From contig OZ250145.1 of the NCBI GenBank assembly GCA_965237565.1, forward strand, positions 182,860 to 246,859: a stretch of DNA of 64,000 nt, written 5' to 3'. The DNA is from Bdellovibrionales bacterium. GTDB taxonomy: Bacteria; Bdellovibrionota; Bdellovibrionia; Bdellovibrionales; UBA1609. The position numbers were made by a program, and so were the translations under genes. Of the stretch, positions 26,949 to 37,393 are shown one piece after another; within the stretch, counting starts at the first letter, position 1; each line of letters opens with the position of its first letter. The notes under the pieces were generated by a model, which did not search any database, had not been told where the DNA came from, and saw only the letters and a program-made list of their open reading frames with translations.

Positions 26949-29711
26949 TTGGCAAATTTGGACTATTTGAATCAAGGAAATCTGGACTATATCGAAAATT
27001 TGTTTCAGCAGTACCTGAAAGCCCCTGAAAGTATACAAACGGATTGGAAGTTCTTTTTTCAAGGTGTTGAATTGGCTCGACACCTCTCCCCGGCCCTTTT
27101 TTCCGAAAAAGAATTGGCTGTTTTTCGGCTCATTTCCACCTATCGCAACGATGGCCACTTAAAGGCCCGATTGGACCCTCTTCATCAAAAAAACTCATTC
27201 ACAAATCACGCTTCTAAACTGTTTGAACTGAAAAATTTTGGCCTCTCCAAAGCTGATCTTGAAAAAACCTTTCAAGTCAATTCCGTTTTGGGATTGAAAC
27301 CAGAAAGCAAGTTGAAAGATATTTTACTCTTCATGGAGAGGACCTATTGCGGCCCTATCAGCATACAAATGGAGACCTGCCTCCCTCACATTAGAAAATG
27401 GTTTTTCAATGAGATGGAAGGACTAGGACAAAATTTTCACTTATCTTCTGAGAAAAAAAAAGAAATTTTTCAATCTTTGGCTAAGACAGAAGCTTTAGAA
27501 AAATTTCTTCACTCACGTTTTGTAGGATCCAAAAGATTTTCCATCGAGGGGGGAGATGTCTTGATCCCTATGTTGGAATACCTTGTCACACAGGGTATAA
27601 AAAAGGACCTGAAAGAAATTGTCATTGGGATGGCGCACCGAGGAAGATTAAACGTACTCAATAACTTTATGGATCAAGCTACAGAAATTGTTTTCATGGA
27701 GTTTGATGGAGGAAAAGCTCTTCAAAATTTTGATTTCTACGGGGATGTGAAATACCACATGGGTTACTCTTCGGTGAAAACATTACCAGAGGGCTCTTGC
27801 AATGTTTTGCTTGCCTATAATCCCAGTCACTTGGAAGCTGTGAATCCCGTCGTTTCCGGAATTACAAGGGCTAGACAGAGAAAATGGGCAGATCAAAAGG
27901 AAAGAAAAAAGGTCTTGGCCCTCATGATCCACGGAGATGCAGCTTTTTGTGGACAAGGATCTGTCAGTGAGACTCTGCAAATGTCTAACCTAGAAGGTTT
28001 TACAACGGGAGGGGCCATCCACATCATTCTCAACAATCAGATTGGTTTTACGACTGAACCAAGAGATGCTCGCTCCTCTGTACACGCCTCTGATTTGGCC
28101 AAATCCATCCAAGCTCCCGTCATTTTAGTCAATGGCGACGATATTTCATCAAGCATCAAAGCGATGGATATGGCTTTCAGGTTTCGTCAAGAATTTGGAA
28201 CAGATATTTTTATTGATCTCATTTGCTACAGACGCTACGGACACAATGAAGGAGATGAACCCTCTTTCACTCAACCCGTGATGTACCAGAATATCAAAAA
28301 GCATCTGTCCACCATGCGAATCTATGCTAACAAATTAATAGAGGAAGGACTCCTCTCTCAGGAGAGTTCTCAATCCTTCTATGAAGAACAAATGCAAAAA
28401 TTGCAAAAAATTTTAGATAAAACTAGAGAAAAATCTATCTCTTTATCAAATAAAAAATTGAAGGGAGATCTTTGGTCGCAATACAAAAAAGTCCCAGAAA
28501 GTGATTTTTTTAAAAATGTAGATACCTGTCCGCTCGATAAACACTTGGAGAAAGTTTTGAGTGTTTTGTTTCTAGAACCACCGAATTTTCACTTGCATCC
28601 CAAGATAAAAAAGCTCATTCAAAACCGTCGGAAAATGGTTAAAGAGAATCGTCTGGATTGGGCACTTTGTGAATTGCTCGCTTATGGAACCCTTTGCTTG
28701 GAAAATCATCCGGTTCGCATCTCAGGACAAGATTCTGTGAGAGGCACTTTCTCACATCGCCATGCCATGTATTTTGACACACAAAATAATTCGGCTTATT
28801 CCCCTCTAGCTTCTTTGAATCCTCAAAACGGTGAATTTTGTATTTACAATTCTCCTCTATCTGAAATGGCAGTTTTGGGATTTGAATACGGAAATGTTTG
28901 TGCAGACCACTCCTTTCTTACTGTTTGGGAAGCCCAATTTGGTGATTTTTCTAACGGAGCACAAATCATTATTGATCAATTTATCAGTAGTGGCGAAGAA
29001 AAATGGATGCAGGCCTGCGGACTCACGCTTTTATTGCCACACGGCTATGAAGGGCAGGGACCAGAGCATTCCAGTGCTAGGTTGGAGCGCTTTTTGCAAC
29101 TTTGTGCCCAAGGGAATATGCAGGTCTGCTATCCGAGCACGCCAGCTAACTTTTTTCACCTTCTGAGAAGACAGATGAAAAGAGATTTTAGAAAACCTCT
29201 CATTGTAATGACTCCCAAATCCTTACTCAGACACCCGGAAGTCGTTTCATCTAAAAGAGAACTCACTCGATCCGACGGATTTCAAGAAGTCATTGCGGAT
29301 CCGACAGTGAAAAAAACAAAAAATGTGAAAACACTCATTTTGTGCAGTGGAAAAGTATTTTTTGATCTGCATTCAGAAAGACAAAAAAATAACGAAAGTT
29401 CCTCACACATTGCCTTGGTTCGTATAGAGCAACTTTATCCTTTCCCTGCTCTAGCCTTGACTCCTTATCTTAATGGTTATCATGCACTCAAAAAAGTGAT
29501 ATGGGTGCAGGAGGAGCCAGCGAATATGGGAGCTACCTCTTACATGATCCCTCAACTGGAAAAACTAAAAAATGATTTGGGTTTGGAAGATCTTTCTCTT
29601 CTCAGTCTGAGTCGAGAGGAAAAAGCCTCCCCCGCTACCGGATCAATACAAATACACCAGAAAGAATATGAACATTTGATGAGGAGTGTTTTTTTTCACG
29701 CTCGAATGTGA
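26949..29711 (+). CDS. sucA: 2-oxoglutarate dehydrogenase E1 component
   Basis: YRNDGHLKARLDPL, GMAHRGRLNVL and HGDAAFCGQG motifs, 920 aa. TTG start. Confidence 0.95.
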   Translation: MANLDYLNQGNLDYIENLFQQYLKAPESIQTDWKFFFQGVELARHLSPALFSEKELAVFRLISTYRNDGHLKARLDPLHQKNSFTNHASKLFELKNFGLSKADLEKTFQVNSVLGLKPESKLKDILLFMERTYCGPISIQMETCLPHIRKWFFNEMEGLGQNFHLSSEKKKEIFQSLAKTEALEKFLHSRFVGSKRFSIEGGDVLIPMLEYLVTQGIKKDLKEIVIGMAHRGRLNVLNNFMDQATEIVFMEFDGGKALQNFDFYGDVKYHMGYSSVKTLPEGSCNVLLAYNPSHLEAVNPVVSGITRARQRKWADQKERKKVLALMIHGDAAFCGQGSVSETLQMSNLEGFTTGGAIHIILNNQIGFTTEPRDARSSVHASDLAKSIQAPVILVNGDDISSSIKAMDMAFRFRQEFGTDIFIDLICYRRYGHNEGDEPSFTQPVMYQNIKKHLSTMRIYANKLIEEGLLSQESSQSFYEEQMQKLQKILDKTREKSISLSNKKLKGDLWSQYKKVPESDFFKNVDTCPLDKHLEKVLSVLFLEPPNFHLHPKIKKLIQNRRKMVKENRLDWALCELLAYGTLCLENHPVRISGQDSVRGTFSHRHAMYFDTQNNSAYSPLASLNPQNGEFCIYNSPLSEMAVLGFEYGNVCADHSFLTVWEAQFGDFSNGAQIIIDQFISSGEEKWMQACGLTLLLPHGYEGQGPEHSSARLERFLQLCAQGNMQVCYPSTPANFFHLLRRQMKRDFRKPLIVMTPKSLLRHPEVVSSKRELTRSDGFQEVIADPTVKKTKNVKTLILCSGKVFFDLHSERQKNNESSSHIALVRIEQLYPFPALALTPYLNGYHALKKVIWVQEEPANMGATSYMIPQLEKLKNDLGLEDLSLLSLSREEKASPATGSIQIHQKEYEHLMRSVFFHARM

Positions 29712-29781
29712 TAACCCTTTTATTTACAAAGAAAGCAAGGGAAGATTTGCTGAGACATAGTTAGAATTTGGAAACGAAAAT

Positions 29782-31059
29782 ATGAAAGAACAAATCAAAG
29801 TCCCCTCTGTAGGAGAGTCTGTTATGGAAGCCACCATTGGTAAGTGGCAAAAAAAATCAGGAGATTACGTTGAGCAAAATGAAACTTTGGTCATTATGGA
29901 AACAGACAAAGCCTCTATGGATTTGGTGGCAGAACACAGTGGACAGCTAAACATTTTCAAACAAGAAGGGGAAGAGGTGAAAATCGGTGAAGTCATTGCC
30001 GAATTAGATACTTCTGTGAAAAATACAAATAAAACAGTCCAAGCAAAACAAAGCCAAGACAAAATTAGGCAGAAAAAAACCATAGACCAACCAGCTACAA
30101 ACCAACAAACTGCGAGCCAACAAACCATGGACCAACAAAACCAAGCGGTAAGCCAACAGGCACAAGCTCCTGAACCTCAAACTTCTGAAAAAGTTTTGTC
30201 TCCAGCGGTTAGAAAGTGGGTAATGCAAAAAAACCTAGACCCTTCTCAAATAAAGGGAAGCGGGCCAGCAGGACGTTTGACCAAGGCTGATGTTTTGTCT
30301 GCCCAGCCACCGCAACAAGGATACTCTGAAATTCCTGCCTCGGGCTTAGCTAAGGAAAACCAACAAAGCCGTGAACGCATGAGTACGATTCGCAAACGGA
30401 TTGCTGAGAGAATGGTGGAATCACAACATCGTTCCGCCACCCTCACCACTTTTAATGAAATTGATATGTCTCAAGTCATGGCCTTAAGAGCAAAGTACAA
30501 AGACTCCTTTCAAAAAAAGAACCAAATCAAATTGGGCTTTATGGGTATTTTCATCAAGGCAACTATCAAAGCCCTGCAAGCCTTTCCAAGGGTGAACGCC
30601 TTTATTGAAGGAGATGATGAGGTGGTTTACAATCATGCTTGTCACATAGGCATTGCTGTCAGCACGGAAAGAGGCTTAGTTGTCCCCGTCATTCGCAATG
30701 CCGACCAAATGACCCTGGCTGATTTAGAAAAGTCCGTAGCCTACCAAGCCGAAAAAGCCAGAGAGGGAAAAATCATTCCCGATGACCTCACAGGTGGCAC
30801 TTTCACTTTGAGCAACGGAGGGGTATTTGGTTCTTTGATGTCTACCCCTATTTTGAATCCTCCACAAAGCGGTATTTTGGGTATGCACAAAATTGAACAA
30901 CGACCTATTGCCATCAATGGAGAAGTGAAAATTAGGCCCATGATGTATGTAGCCTTATCCTACGATCATCGCATGGTAGATGGAAGAGAGTCTGTTGGTT
31001 TTCTTCTCATGATAAAAGAAAGTGTAGAAAATCCCATTCGTATCTTGATAGACGTGTAA
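29782..31059 (+). CDS. sucB: Dihydrolipoyllysine-residue succinyltransferase (E2o)
   Basis: Lipoyl domain METDKA, E3-binding segment LSPAVRK and catalytic SYDHRMVDG. Confidence 0.95.
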   Translation: MKEQIKVPSVGESVMEATIGKWQKKSGDYVEQNETLVIMETDKASMDLVAEHSGQLNIFKQEGEEVKIGEVIAELDTSVKNTNKTVQAKQSQDKIRQKKTIDQPATNQQTASQQTMDQQNQAVSQQAQAPEPQTSEKVLSPAVRKWVMQKNLDPSQIKGSGPAGRLTKADVLSAQPPQQGYSEIPASGLAKENQQSRERMSTIRKRIAERMVESQHRSATLTTFNEIDMSQVMALRAKYKDSFQKKNQIKLGFMGIFIKATIKALQAFPRVNAFIEGDDEVVYNHACHIGIAVSTERGLVVPVIRNADQMTLADLEKSVAYQAEKAREGKIIPDDLTGGTFTLSNGGVFGSLMSTPILNPPQSGILGMHKIEQRPIAINGEVKIRPMMYVALSYDHRMVDGRESVGFLLMIKESVENPIRILIDV

Positions 31060-31080
31060 AGAGAGGAAGAGAAGAAATTG

Positions 31081-32481
31081 ATGTCCTATGATCTAATCGT
31101 GATCGGTTCCGGCCCAGGAGGTTACACCGGGGCAATTCGTGCATCTCAACTGGGCTTGAAAACAGCCGTTGTGGAAAAGTATGATTCCCTAGGGGGTACC
31201 TGTTTAAATGTGGGTTGCATCCCTTCCAAAGCTCTTTTGGATTCTTCCGAACATTTTTATTTTGCCCAAAATGAAATGTCTGGACATGGGGTAAAAGCCA
31301 AATCAATTTCTTTAGACTTAAAGGTTTTATTGAATAGAAAAAATAAAATTGTCAAAGAGCTGACGGGAGGCATTCAATATCTTTTTAAAAAAAATAAGAT
31401 TGAACGTTTGAGAGGCGTGGGGTCTTTAATTTCTCCACATCAAGTGCAAATCAAAACTCCTGACTCAAAAACACAAGTGATTGAAGGCCGGCACATCATG
31501 TTGGCCACGGGAAGCAAACCCAGTGAATTACCTAATATCAAGACAGACGGAGATCGAGTGGTTTCCTCTACTGAGGCGCTGAATTTCAATCAAGTACCAA
31601 AAAAATTGCTCGTTATTGGAGGTGGATACATTGGTTTGGAGATGGGTTCTGTTTGGTCTCGTTTGGGTTCAGAAGTTACCATCGTAGAATATGCCGATCG
31701 TCTTTGCCCGACCATGGATCAAGAACTTTCTAAAAAATTACTCCCTATTTTAAAAAAACAGGGAATCAAATTTCTTTTAGAAAGTTCTGTAGAGGAAATA
31801 AAAAAAACAAAATCATCAATGGAATTAATTTACAAAGACAAGTCAGATACATCTCATTCCATTAAAGGAGATTTTATTCTTTTAGCCGTAGGAAGAAGAC
31901 CCTATTCAGAGGCTTTGGGTCTGGAAGCTTTGGGGATTCAAAAAGATGAAAAAGGTTTTGTGAAAGTAAATGAGAAGTGGCAAACGAGTGCTCACCCTCA
32001 TATTTTTGCTATTGGCGATTTGATTGGAGGAATGATGCTTGCCCACAAGGCCGAAGAAGAAGGTGTAGCGGTGGCAGAGGTCATTGCTAGTGGGGTGGGT
32101 CATGTGAATTATCCAAGCGTCCCGGCTGTTATCTACACTTGGCCCGAAGTCGCTTATGTAGGAAAAACGGAAGAACAATTGAAAGCAGAAAATCGAATGT
32201 ATAAAGTCGGTCGATTTCCTTTTATGGCGAATGGACGAGCCAAGGCTTTGGCTTGCACGGAAGGTTTTGTCAAAATACTAGCTGATTCAAAAACAGATCT
32301 GGTTTTGGGCGTACACATCATAGGTCCTAGAGCCTCTGATATGCTAGCTGAAGCAGTTGTGGGGATGGAATTTGGAACCAGCAGTGAAGATTTGGCTCGC
32401 AGTTTTCATGCCCACCCCACTTTGTCGGAAGTAATGAGAGAGGCGGCTTTAGATGTTGAAAAAAGAGCCCGTCAAATCTAA
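31081..32481 (+). CDS. lpdA: Dihydrolipoyl dehydrogenase (E3)
   Basis: GSGPGGY FAD motif, redox-active GGTCLNVGCIPSK and C-terminal HAHPTLSE. Confidence 0.95.
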   Translation: MSYDLIVIGSGPGGYTGAIRASQLGLKTAVVEKYDSLGGTCLNVGCIPSKALLDSSEHFYFAQNEMSGHGVKAKSISLDLKVLLNRKNKIVKELTGGIQYLFKKNKIERLRGVGSLISPHQVQIKTPDSKTQVIEGRHIMLATGSKPSELPNIKTDGDRVVSSTEALNFNQVPKKLLVIGGGYIGLEMGSVWSRLGSEVTIVEYADRLCPTMDQELSKKLLPILKKQGIKFLLESSVEEIKKTKSSMELIYKDKSDTSHSIKGDFILLAVGRRPYSEALGLEALGIQKDEKGFVKVNEKWQTSAHPHIFAIGDLIGGMMLAHKAEEEGVAVAEVIASGVGHVNYPSVPAVIYTWPEVAYVGKTEEQLKAENRMYKVGRFPFMANGRAKALACTEGFVKILADSKTDLVLGVHIIGPRASDMLAEAVVGMEFGTSSEDLARSFHAHPTLSEVMREAALDVEKRARQI

Positions 32482-33397
32482 ATTTTTTTCTTCTTTTTGC
32501 TTGGGAGTTTTGATTTTTTGCCTCCTCATTATTCTCTGGGGAGCTTGGGTTCGTATTTCTCATTCGGGCGACGCCTGCGGGTCCAGTTGGCCTTCTTGCA
32601 ATGGCCAATATCTGATTGATTCTGGTGCTGATATAAAATTGCAGACTGAATGGTTCCATAGAGCCACATCCGGCCTTTTTGGCATTCTTGTTTTGATTCT
32701 TTGTGGTTTCGCTTTTTCCCTTTTTCCAAAATCCCATCCAGTTCGCAAAATTTCTTTGTTCATCTTATTTTTTAGCATCACAGAAGCCCTCATCGGTGCA
32801 GGCCTTGTACTTTTTTCTCTGACCGGAGCTGATGATTCATTCAATCGAGTTCTGGTAATGAATCTTCATTTAACAAATTCCATTTTATTGATGGGAAGCT
32901 TGATTTTGTGTTGGAGAACTTCTCTTGGAAAACACTTTTCCTTCTCTCATAGAAAATATTTATTGAGTTTTATTTTTGTTTTTTTTCTTATTGCTTTTTT
33001 TGGTTCCTTATCAGCTTTATCTTCTTCTTTGTTTCCCTCTTCTTCGCTGTGGCAGGGTTTGGCACTGGATTTGGATCCCCATTCACATTGGATGATAAAA
33101 TTAAGAATTCTCCATCCCTTTTTTGCTCTTCTTTTTGGAGGAGCCTTTCTTTTTTACTACTTAAGACTCTTATTCAAGCAAGCACAAACAAAAAAAATGG
33201 ATGCGCAACTTATTTTTTTTACCTCCTGTTTGGCTTTGGTTTTACTCTCTGGTTTTATCACTTTTCTTTTTTTATCTCCCACTTTTTTGAAATTGTTCCA
33301 TTTGTTGATGCTCTATTTAATGGAGCTAAGTTTTCTTTTGGCTTTGGAAAAAGAACCCTTTATAATTTATAAGATCGATGAAAAAATATCTCAATAA
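32453..33397 (+). CDS. ctaA: Heme A synthase (COX15/CtaA family)
   Basis: Polytopic membrane protein with WGAWVRISHSGDACGSSWPSCNG near the N-terminus. Overlaps the lpdA end. Confidence 0.75.
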   Translation: MLKKEPVKSKFFSSFCLGVLIFCLLIILWGAWVRISHSGDACGSSWPSCNGQYLIDSGADIKLQTEWFHRATSGLFGILVLILCGFAFSLFPKSHPVRKISLFILFFSITEALIGAGLVLFSLTGADDSFNRVLVMNLHLTNSILLMGSLILCWRTSLGKHFSFSHRKYLLSFIFVFFLIAFFGSLSALSSSLFPSSSLWQGLALDLDPHSHWMIKLRILHPFFALLFGGAFLFYYLRLLFKQAQTKKMDAQLIFFTSCLALVLLSGFITFLFLSPTFLKLFHLLMLYLMELSFLLALEKEPFIIYKIDEKISQ

Positions 33398-34358
33398 AAT
33401 TATCCATAGTGACACTCTTGAGTTTTTACCAAAACTAAAGAGCCATTCTGTGGATGTTGTTTTAACAGATCCTCCTTATTTCTTAGACAAAATGGATCAC
33501 AATTGGAAGGCCAAAAAAGTAAGCTGTCCTAAAAAAGCTTATGCCATAAAACACCTCCCAGCCGGTATGAAATTTAGTAAGGACCAAGGCAAAAAATTTT
33601 ATTCTTGGTATTTTAAAATATCAGAAGAAATTTTTAGGATTTTAAAACCGGGAGGATTTTTCTTTTCTTTTTCCAGTCCTAGGCTTTACCACAGAATGGC
33701 TTGTGCGATGGATGACGCAGGATTTGAAATTAGAGATTTATTTATATGGCTCTACACACAAAACCAAGCAAAAGCTATGAGTCTTCATCATTTTGTTAAC
33801 AAAATGAAGACTTCCAAAAAAGAAAAAGAAAGATTAAATCAATTATTTGAAGGATGGAAAACACCTCAGGTGAAATCCTGCCATGAACCTATTGCCATGG
33901 CTCAAAAGCCAATAGAGAAAACGTATCTCAAAAATTCAATGAAGTACAATGTCTCCTTGATCAATACAAAGATCAAGCAGGGATTGTATGAAGATAAGTT
34001 CGTATCAAATATCATGACGGATCAATACATCCATCATAGAATAGATAAAGTTTTTTTGGTCGATAAACCAAAGAGAAATGAAAAAGGACATTTTAATGAT
34101 CACAAAACAGTGAAACCTTTGTCACTATGTAAATATCTTATCAACTTGACGAGCCAAGAAGGAAGTCTTGTGTTGGATCCTTTTATGGGAAGCGGAACAA
34201 CGGCAGTGGCATGCAAGGAGTTGGGGAGAAAATTTATAGGTGTGGAAATTAATGAACCCTACATTCAAATTGCCCTTGAAAGATTAAAAAATTCAAAAAG
34301 AAAAAAGAAAAATCAAGAGTTCAAGCCAAAGTTTGAACTGCCACAGCCTCTCTCATGA
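33378..34358 (+). CDS. Site-specific DNA methyltransferase, beta-class N6A/N4C (orphan)
   Basis: Motif IV VVLTDPPYF is near the N-terminus. The AdoMet motif I DPFMGSGTTAVAC is near the C-terminus (IV before I = beta permutation). HEPIAMAQKP motif present. The 20-nt 5' overlap is with ctaA. Confidence 0.85.
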   Translation: MKKYLNKIIHSDTLEFLPKLKSHSVDVVLTDPPYFLDKMDHNWKAKKVSCPKKAYAIKHLPAGMKFSKDQGKKFYSWYFKISEEIFRILKPGGFFFSFSSPRLYHRMACAMDDAGFEIRDLFIWLYTQNQAKAMSLHHFVNKMKTSKKEKERLNQLFEGWKTPQVKSCHEPIAMAQKPIEKTYLKNSMKYNVSLINTKIKQGLYEDKFVSNIMTDQYIHHRIDKVFLVDKPKRNEKGHFNDHKTVKPLSLCKYLINLTSQEGSLVLDPFMGSGTTAVACKELGRKFIGVEINEPYIQIALERLKNSKRKKKNQEFKPKFELPQPLS

Positions 34359-34391
34359 AAACGAGAGTTTGAACTGCCACAGCCACATTTT

Positions 34392-35174
34392 TCAACGTCC
34401 TTTAAATTTGGCTTTTCTTTTTTCGATAAAAGCTTGGATTCCTTCTTTTGCATCTTCTGATTCGAATAAGATGCCAAACTCTTTTGCTTCCTTTTTCAAA
34501 CCATCTTCCAACTGAAAATGAACACTTTGATTCAATAAACTCTTTGCCTTAGCCATTGCCAAGAGCCCATTTTTCTTAAAATGCTCTGCCCATTTTACAG
34601 TTCTTTCCATCAATTCACCAGAGGGGAAAACAAAATTAGCCAAACCCATAACCAAAGCTTCTTGTGCCGAATATGTCGCACCAGAGAGGATCATCTCCTT
34701 GGCCTTGTGAAAGCCAACTGTTCTGCATAGTTTCTGTGTCCCACCAAAACTCGGGAATAGGGAAAGTTTTACTTCCGGAAATCCCACTTGTGCTTTCTCT
34801 TCCATCACAATCATATCGCAGGATAGAGCCAATTCCAAACCTCCTCCTAGAGCAAAACCTTGAATGAGAGCGATCACAGGGAAAGGAAGATTCTCAATCA
34901 ATGAAAAAACTGCTTGTCCTTTTCTCGCAAAAGCTTCTGCCTGCTGAGAGTCAAAATGAGCCATTTCTTTTAGATCCGCCCCAACCACAAAGGCTTTCTC
35001 TCCTCCTCTAATAATTAAGACTTTTATTTTCTCAGATAGATTTTCTTGAGTAAAACTTTCTAACTCATCAAAGACTTCCGAATTCAAAGCATTCAAAGCT
35101 TGGGAACGATGAATGCTCAACATCCCAATTTCACTCGACTCTTCAAATTGCAGAGTTTTAAATTTCATTTCCAT
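34392..35174 (-). CDS. Enoyl-CoA hydratase (crotonase family)
   Basis: 260 aa. AFVVGADLKEM and GFALGGGLELALSCD oxyanion-hole motifs. Confidence 0.85.
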   Translation of the reverse strand: MEMKFKTLQFEESSEIGMLSIHRSQALNALNSEVFDELESFTQENLSEKIKVLIIRGGEKAFVVGADLKEMAHFDSQQAEAFARKGQAVFSLIENLPFPVIALIQGFALGGGLELALSCDMIVMEEKAQVGFPEVKLSLFPSFGGTQKLCRTVGFHKAKEMILSGATYSAQEALVMGLANFVFPSGELMERTVKWAEHFKKNGLLAMAKAKSLLNQSVHFQLEDGLKKEAKEFGILFESEDAKEGIQAFIEKRKAKFKGR

Positions 35175-35186
35175 AGCCCAATTGAG

Positions 35187-36290
35187 TTAAAGCCCTTTTA
35201 AGGGATTTGTCCATCCAAAATCTGGTGTAAAATATTCTTGGATTGCAGAATCTTTTATCTGATCAAAAGAAGAGGGATTCCACTTTGGAGAATTGTCTTT
35301 TTCAACCAACAAAGCTCTTACTCCTTCAAGAAAATCAGACTTGTAGACACAGTGCAAAGCCATTACCAAATCCATTTGAAGCACCTCTTTTAAATTTTTA
35401 TTCTCCGCTCTTTTCAACTGTTCACAAATAAGCCCCGCTGAAAGAGGAGAAGATTGTAAAAACACTTTTTGATTTTCTTTATGTTTTTTCTCTTCCCACT
35501 GGCTCTTCTGAAATTGTTCAAAGATTGTGGGTAAATTTTTAGATTGAACAAATGAAGTGATTTTTAATTGATTGTCCTCTAACCAATCCTCACGTTTAAG
35601 AAATTGAGATTCCTTCTCCATTTCTCTCAAGTGGGAAGTTAGTTCATTTTTGTACTTAAAAGAAAAATCTAAAAGAGATTGAAACAATTTTTGTTTTTCG
35701 GAGTTTTCAAAACAAAAATCCAAAAGTCCAATTGTTTTAGCTTCCGAGCTATTCAACTGGTAAGCTGTCAGGGCTATATACCAACCCAATTGATTGGGCA
35801 GATGACTCAAAAAAAAACTTGTTCCCACGTCGGGAAACAAGCCAATACGGATTTCTGGCATAGATAAATTTGTGCTTTCTGTTCCAATTCGATGAGAGCC
35901 CGCCCAAAAAAGTCCAAATCCTCCGCCCATGATCAAACCTTCTCCCCAAACCAAAATGGGCTTAGAATACGTATGCAAGAGATAATTGAGACGATACTCA
36001 TTTTCAACGAAAGGCTGAACAACTTCTTTTGGATTTTGTTGATTCTTACGAGCCTGCAAAACATGAAAATAAATTTGCTTCACATCGCCTCCCACGCAAA
36101 AAGCTTTTTCTCCTTCTGCGTGTAGAAAAATCATTTCTATTCGAGGATCTTTCTCCCAACGTTCTAATTGATTCCTTAGAGATAAAACCATTTTTAAATC
36201 AATAGAATGAAGAGCTTCACTACGAGTGAGTTTTATCTCTCCTAAAAAAAAGCCATTTGATTTTTTGTGCTCTTTAAAAAAAACTTTCAT
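35187..36290 (-). CDS. 3-hydroxyisobutyryl-CoA hydrolase-like (enoyl-CoA hydratase/isomerase family)
   Basis: AFCVGGDVKQ, GLIMGGGFGL and PEIRIGLFPDVG motifs plus the long C-terminal extension typical of HIBCH. ATG 36290 is preferred over TTG 36320. Confidence 0.7.
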   Translation of the reverse strand: MKVFFKEHKKSNGFFLGEIKLTRSEALHSIDLKMVLSLRNQLERWEKDPRIEMIFLHAEGEKAFCVGGDVKQIYFHVLQARKNQQNPKEVVQPFVENEYRLNYLLHTYSKPILVWGEGLIMGGGFGLFWAGSHRIGTESTNLSMPEIRIGLFPDVGTSFFLSHLPNQLGWYIALTAYQLNSSEAKTIGLLDFCFENSEKQKLFQSLLDFSFKYKNELTSHLREMEKESQFLKREDWLEDNQLKITSFVQSKNLPTIFEQFQKSQWEEKKHKENQKVFLQSSPLSAGLICEQLKRAENKNLKEVLQMDLVMALHCVYKSDFLEGVRALLVEKDNSPKWNPSSFDQIKDSAIQEYFTPDFGWTNPLKGL

Positions 36291-36312
36291 AGAGTCATTG
36301 TCTTTTATCGGA

Positions 36313-37308
36313 TTAAGCAATTCCCACCGCTTGACGAATTTTTTTCATCAACTCCTTAGCTCTCTTGGAAGCTTGGATGGCGCCTTTTTTAAGAATATCA
36401 TCTATTTTTCGAGTATCGTCCATCAAAGAATTGTAGATTTTCCTTTTTTTAGATAAGTAGTTTTCCAACTCGTGGTATAGCAGTTTTTTTACTTCACCCC
36501 AACCCACTCCTTCTTGGTATTTCCTAATCAATTGTTCTGTATTTTTCTCGGAAGCAAAAGCTTTATAAATGGAAAACAAATTGGATTTTTCAGGATCCTT
36601 TGGAACCGAGGGGGAAGTGGAATCCGTTTGAATTCTCATAATGAGTTTTTCTAATTCTTGAGAGGAACAAAAAAGAGGAATGTGATTGCCATAGCTTTTG
36701 CTCATTTTTTTTCCATCCAAACCGAGCAATAAGTCAGTCTTTATTTTTATCTCTGGAATTTTCAACAGATCTACTTTAAATATGCGATTGAATTTAAGAG
36801 CAATGTCCCTAGCGATCTCCAAATGTTGGGCTTGATCTTGGCTTACAGGCACTTCATCAGCTGAAAATAACAAAATGTCAGATGCCATGAGAATGGGATA
36901 ATTATATATACCCATATTCACGCCCTTATCTAGATTTTTTTCCCCTGAGGAATAATTGGCTTGCATCAAGGCCTTATAAGAATGAGCTCTATTCATCAAA
37001 CCTTTTGGGGTTATACAGGACAAAATCCAATTGAGTTCATATAGCTCCGGAATATCTGACTGACGGTACATGGTTGTTTTTTTAGAATCTAGACCGCAGG
37101 CCAACCAAGCGGCTGAAGTTTGGTAAATCATTTTTTGCAACTTTTCTGCATTTTGCACAGTGGTTAGTGAGTGACCATCTGCCACAAAGAGATAACTGGA
37201 GACGGATGATTTTTTCGCTAGTTCCAAAGCTGGACGAATCGCTCCAACATAATTGCCCAAATGGGGCATTCCTGTGGGCTTCACTCCTGTAAGAATCGTC
37301 TTGGGCAT
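36313..37308 (-). CDS. trpS: Tryptophan--tRNA ligase
   Basis: TGVKPTGMPHLGNYVGA (HIGH-like) and KMSKS. AAGGAA ribosome-binding site upstream. Confidence 0.95.
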   Translation of the reverse strand: MPKTILTGVKPTGMPHLGNYVGAIRPALELAKKSSVSSYLFVADGHSLTTVQNAEKLQKMIYQTSAAWLACGLDSKKTTMYRQSDIPELYELNWILSCITPKGLMNRAHSYKALMQANYSSGEKNLDKGVNMGIYNYPILMASDILLFSADEVPVSQDQAQHLEIARDIALKFNRIFKVDLLKIPEIKIKTDLLLGLDGKKMSKSYGNHIPLFCSSQELEKLIMRIQTDSTSPSVPKDPEKSNLFSIYKAFASEKNTEQLIRKYQEGVGWGEVKKLLYHELENYLSKKRKIYNSLMDDTRKIDDILKKGAIQASKRAKELMKKIRQAVGIA

Positions 37309-37393
37309 GAGTTTCCTTTTTATCCAAAGAAAGAATGTATGAAATATCTTAGTAATATCAAGAGATTTTTTTTTACTCTACCCCTACAAATGG

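Noticed and set aside
26917-26951. TTGAAA-N16-TAGAAT promoter-like hexamers immediately before the sucA TTG start, which would imply a leaderless transcript.
   Set aside because: A leaderless UUG start would be atypical. The hexamers may be fortuitous in AT-rich DNA, and the true promoter or start cannot be fixed without TSS data.
33378-34358. The methyltransferase as part of a restriction-modification or other defence island.
   Set aside because: No nuclease, specificity subunit, helicase or ATPase ORF lies on either side. The flanking genes are core metabolism, and the gene overlaps ctaA.
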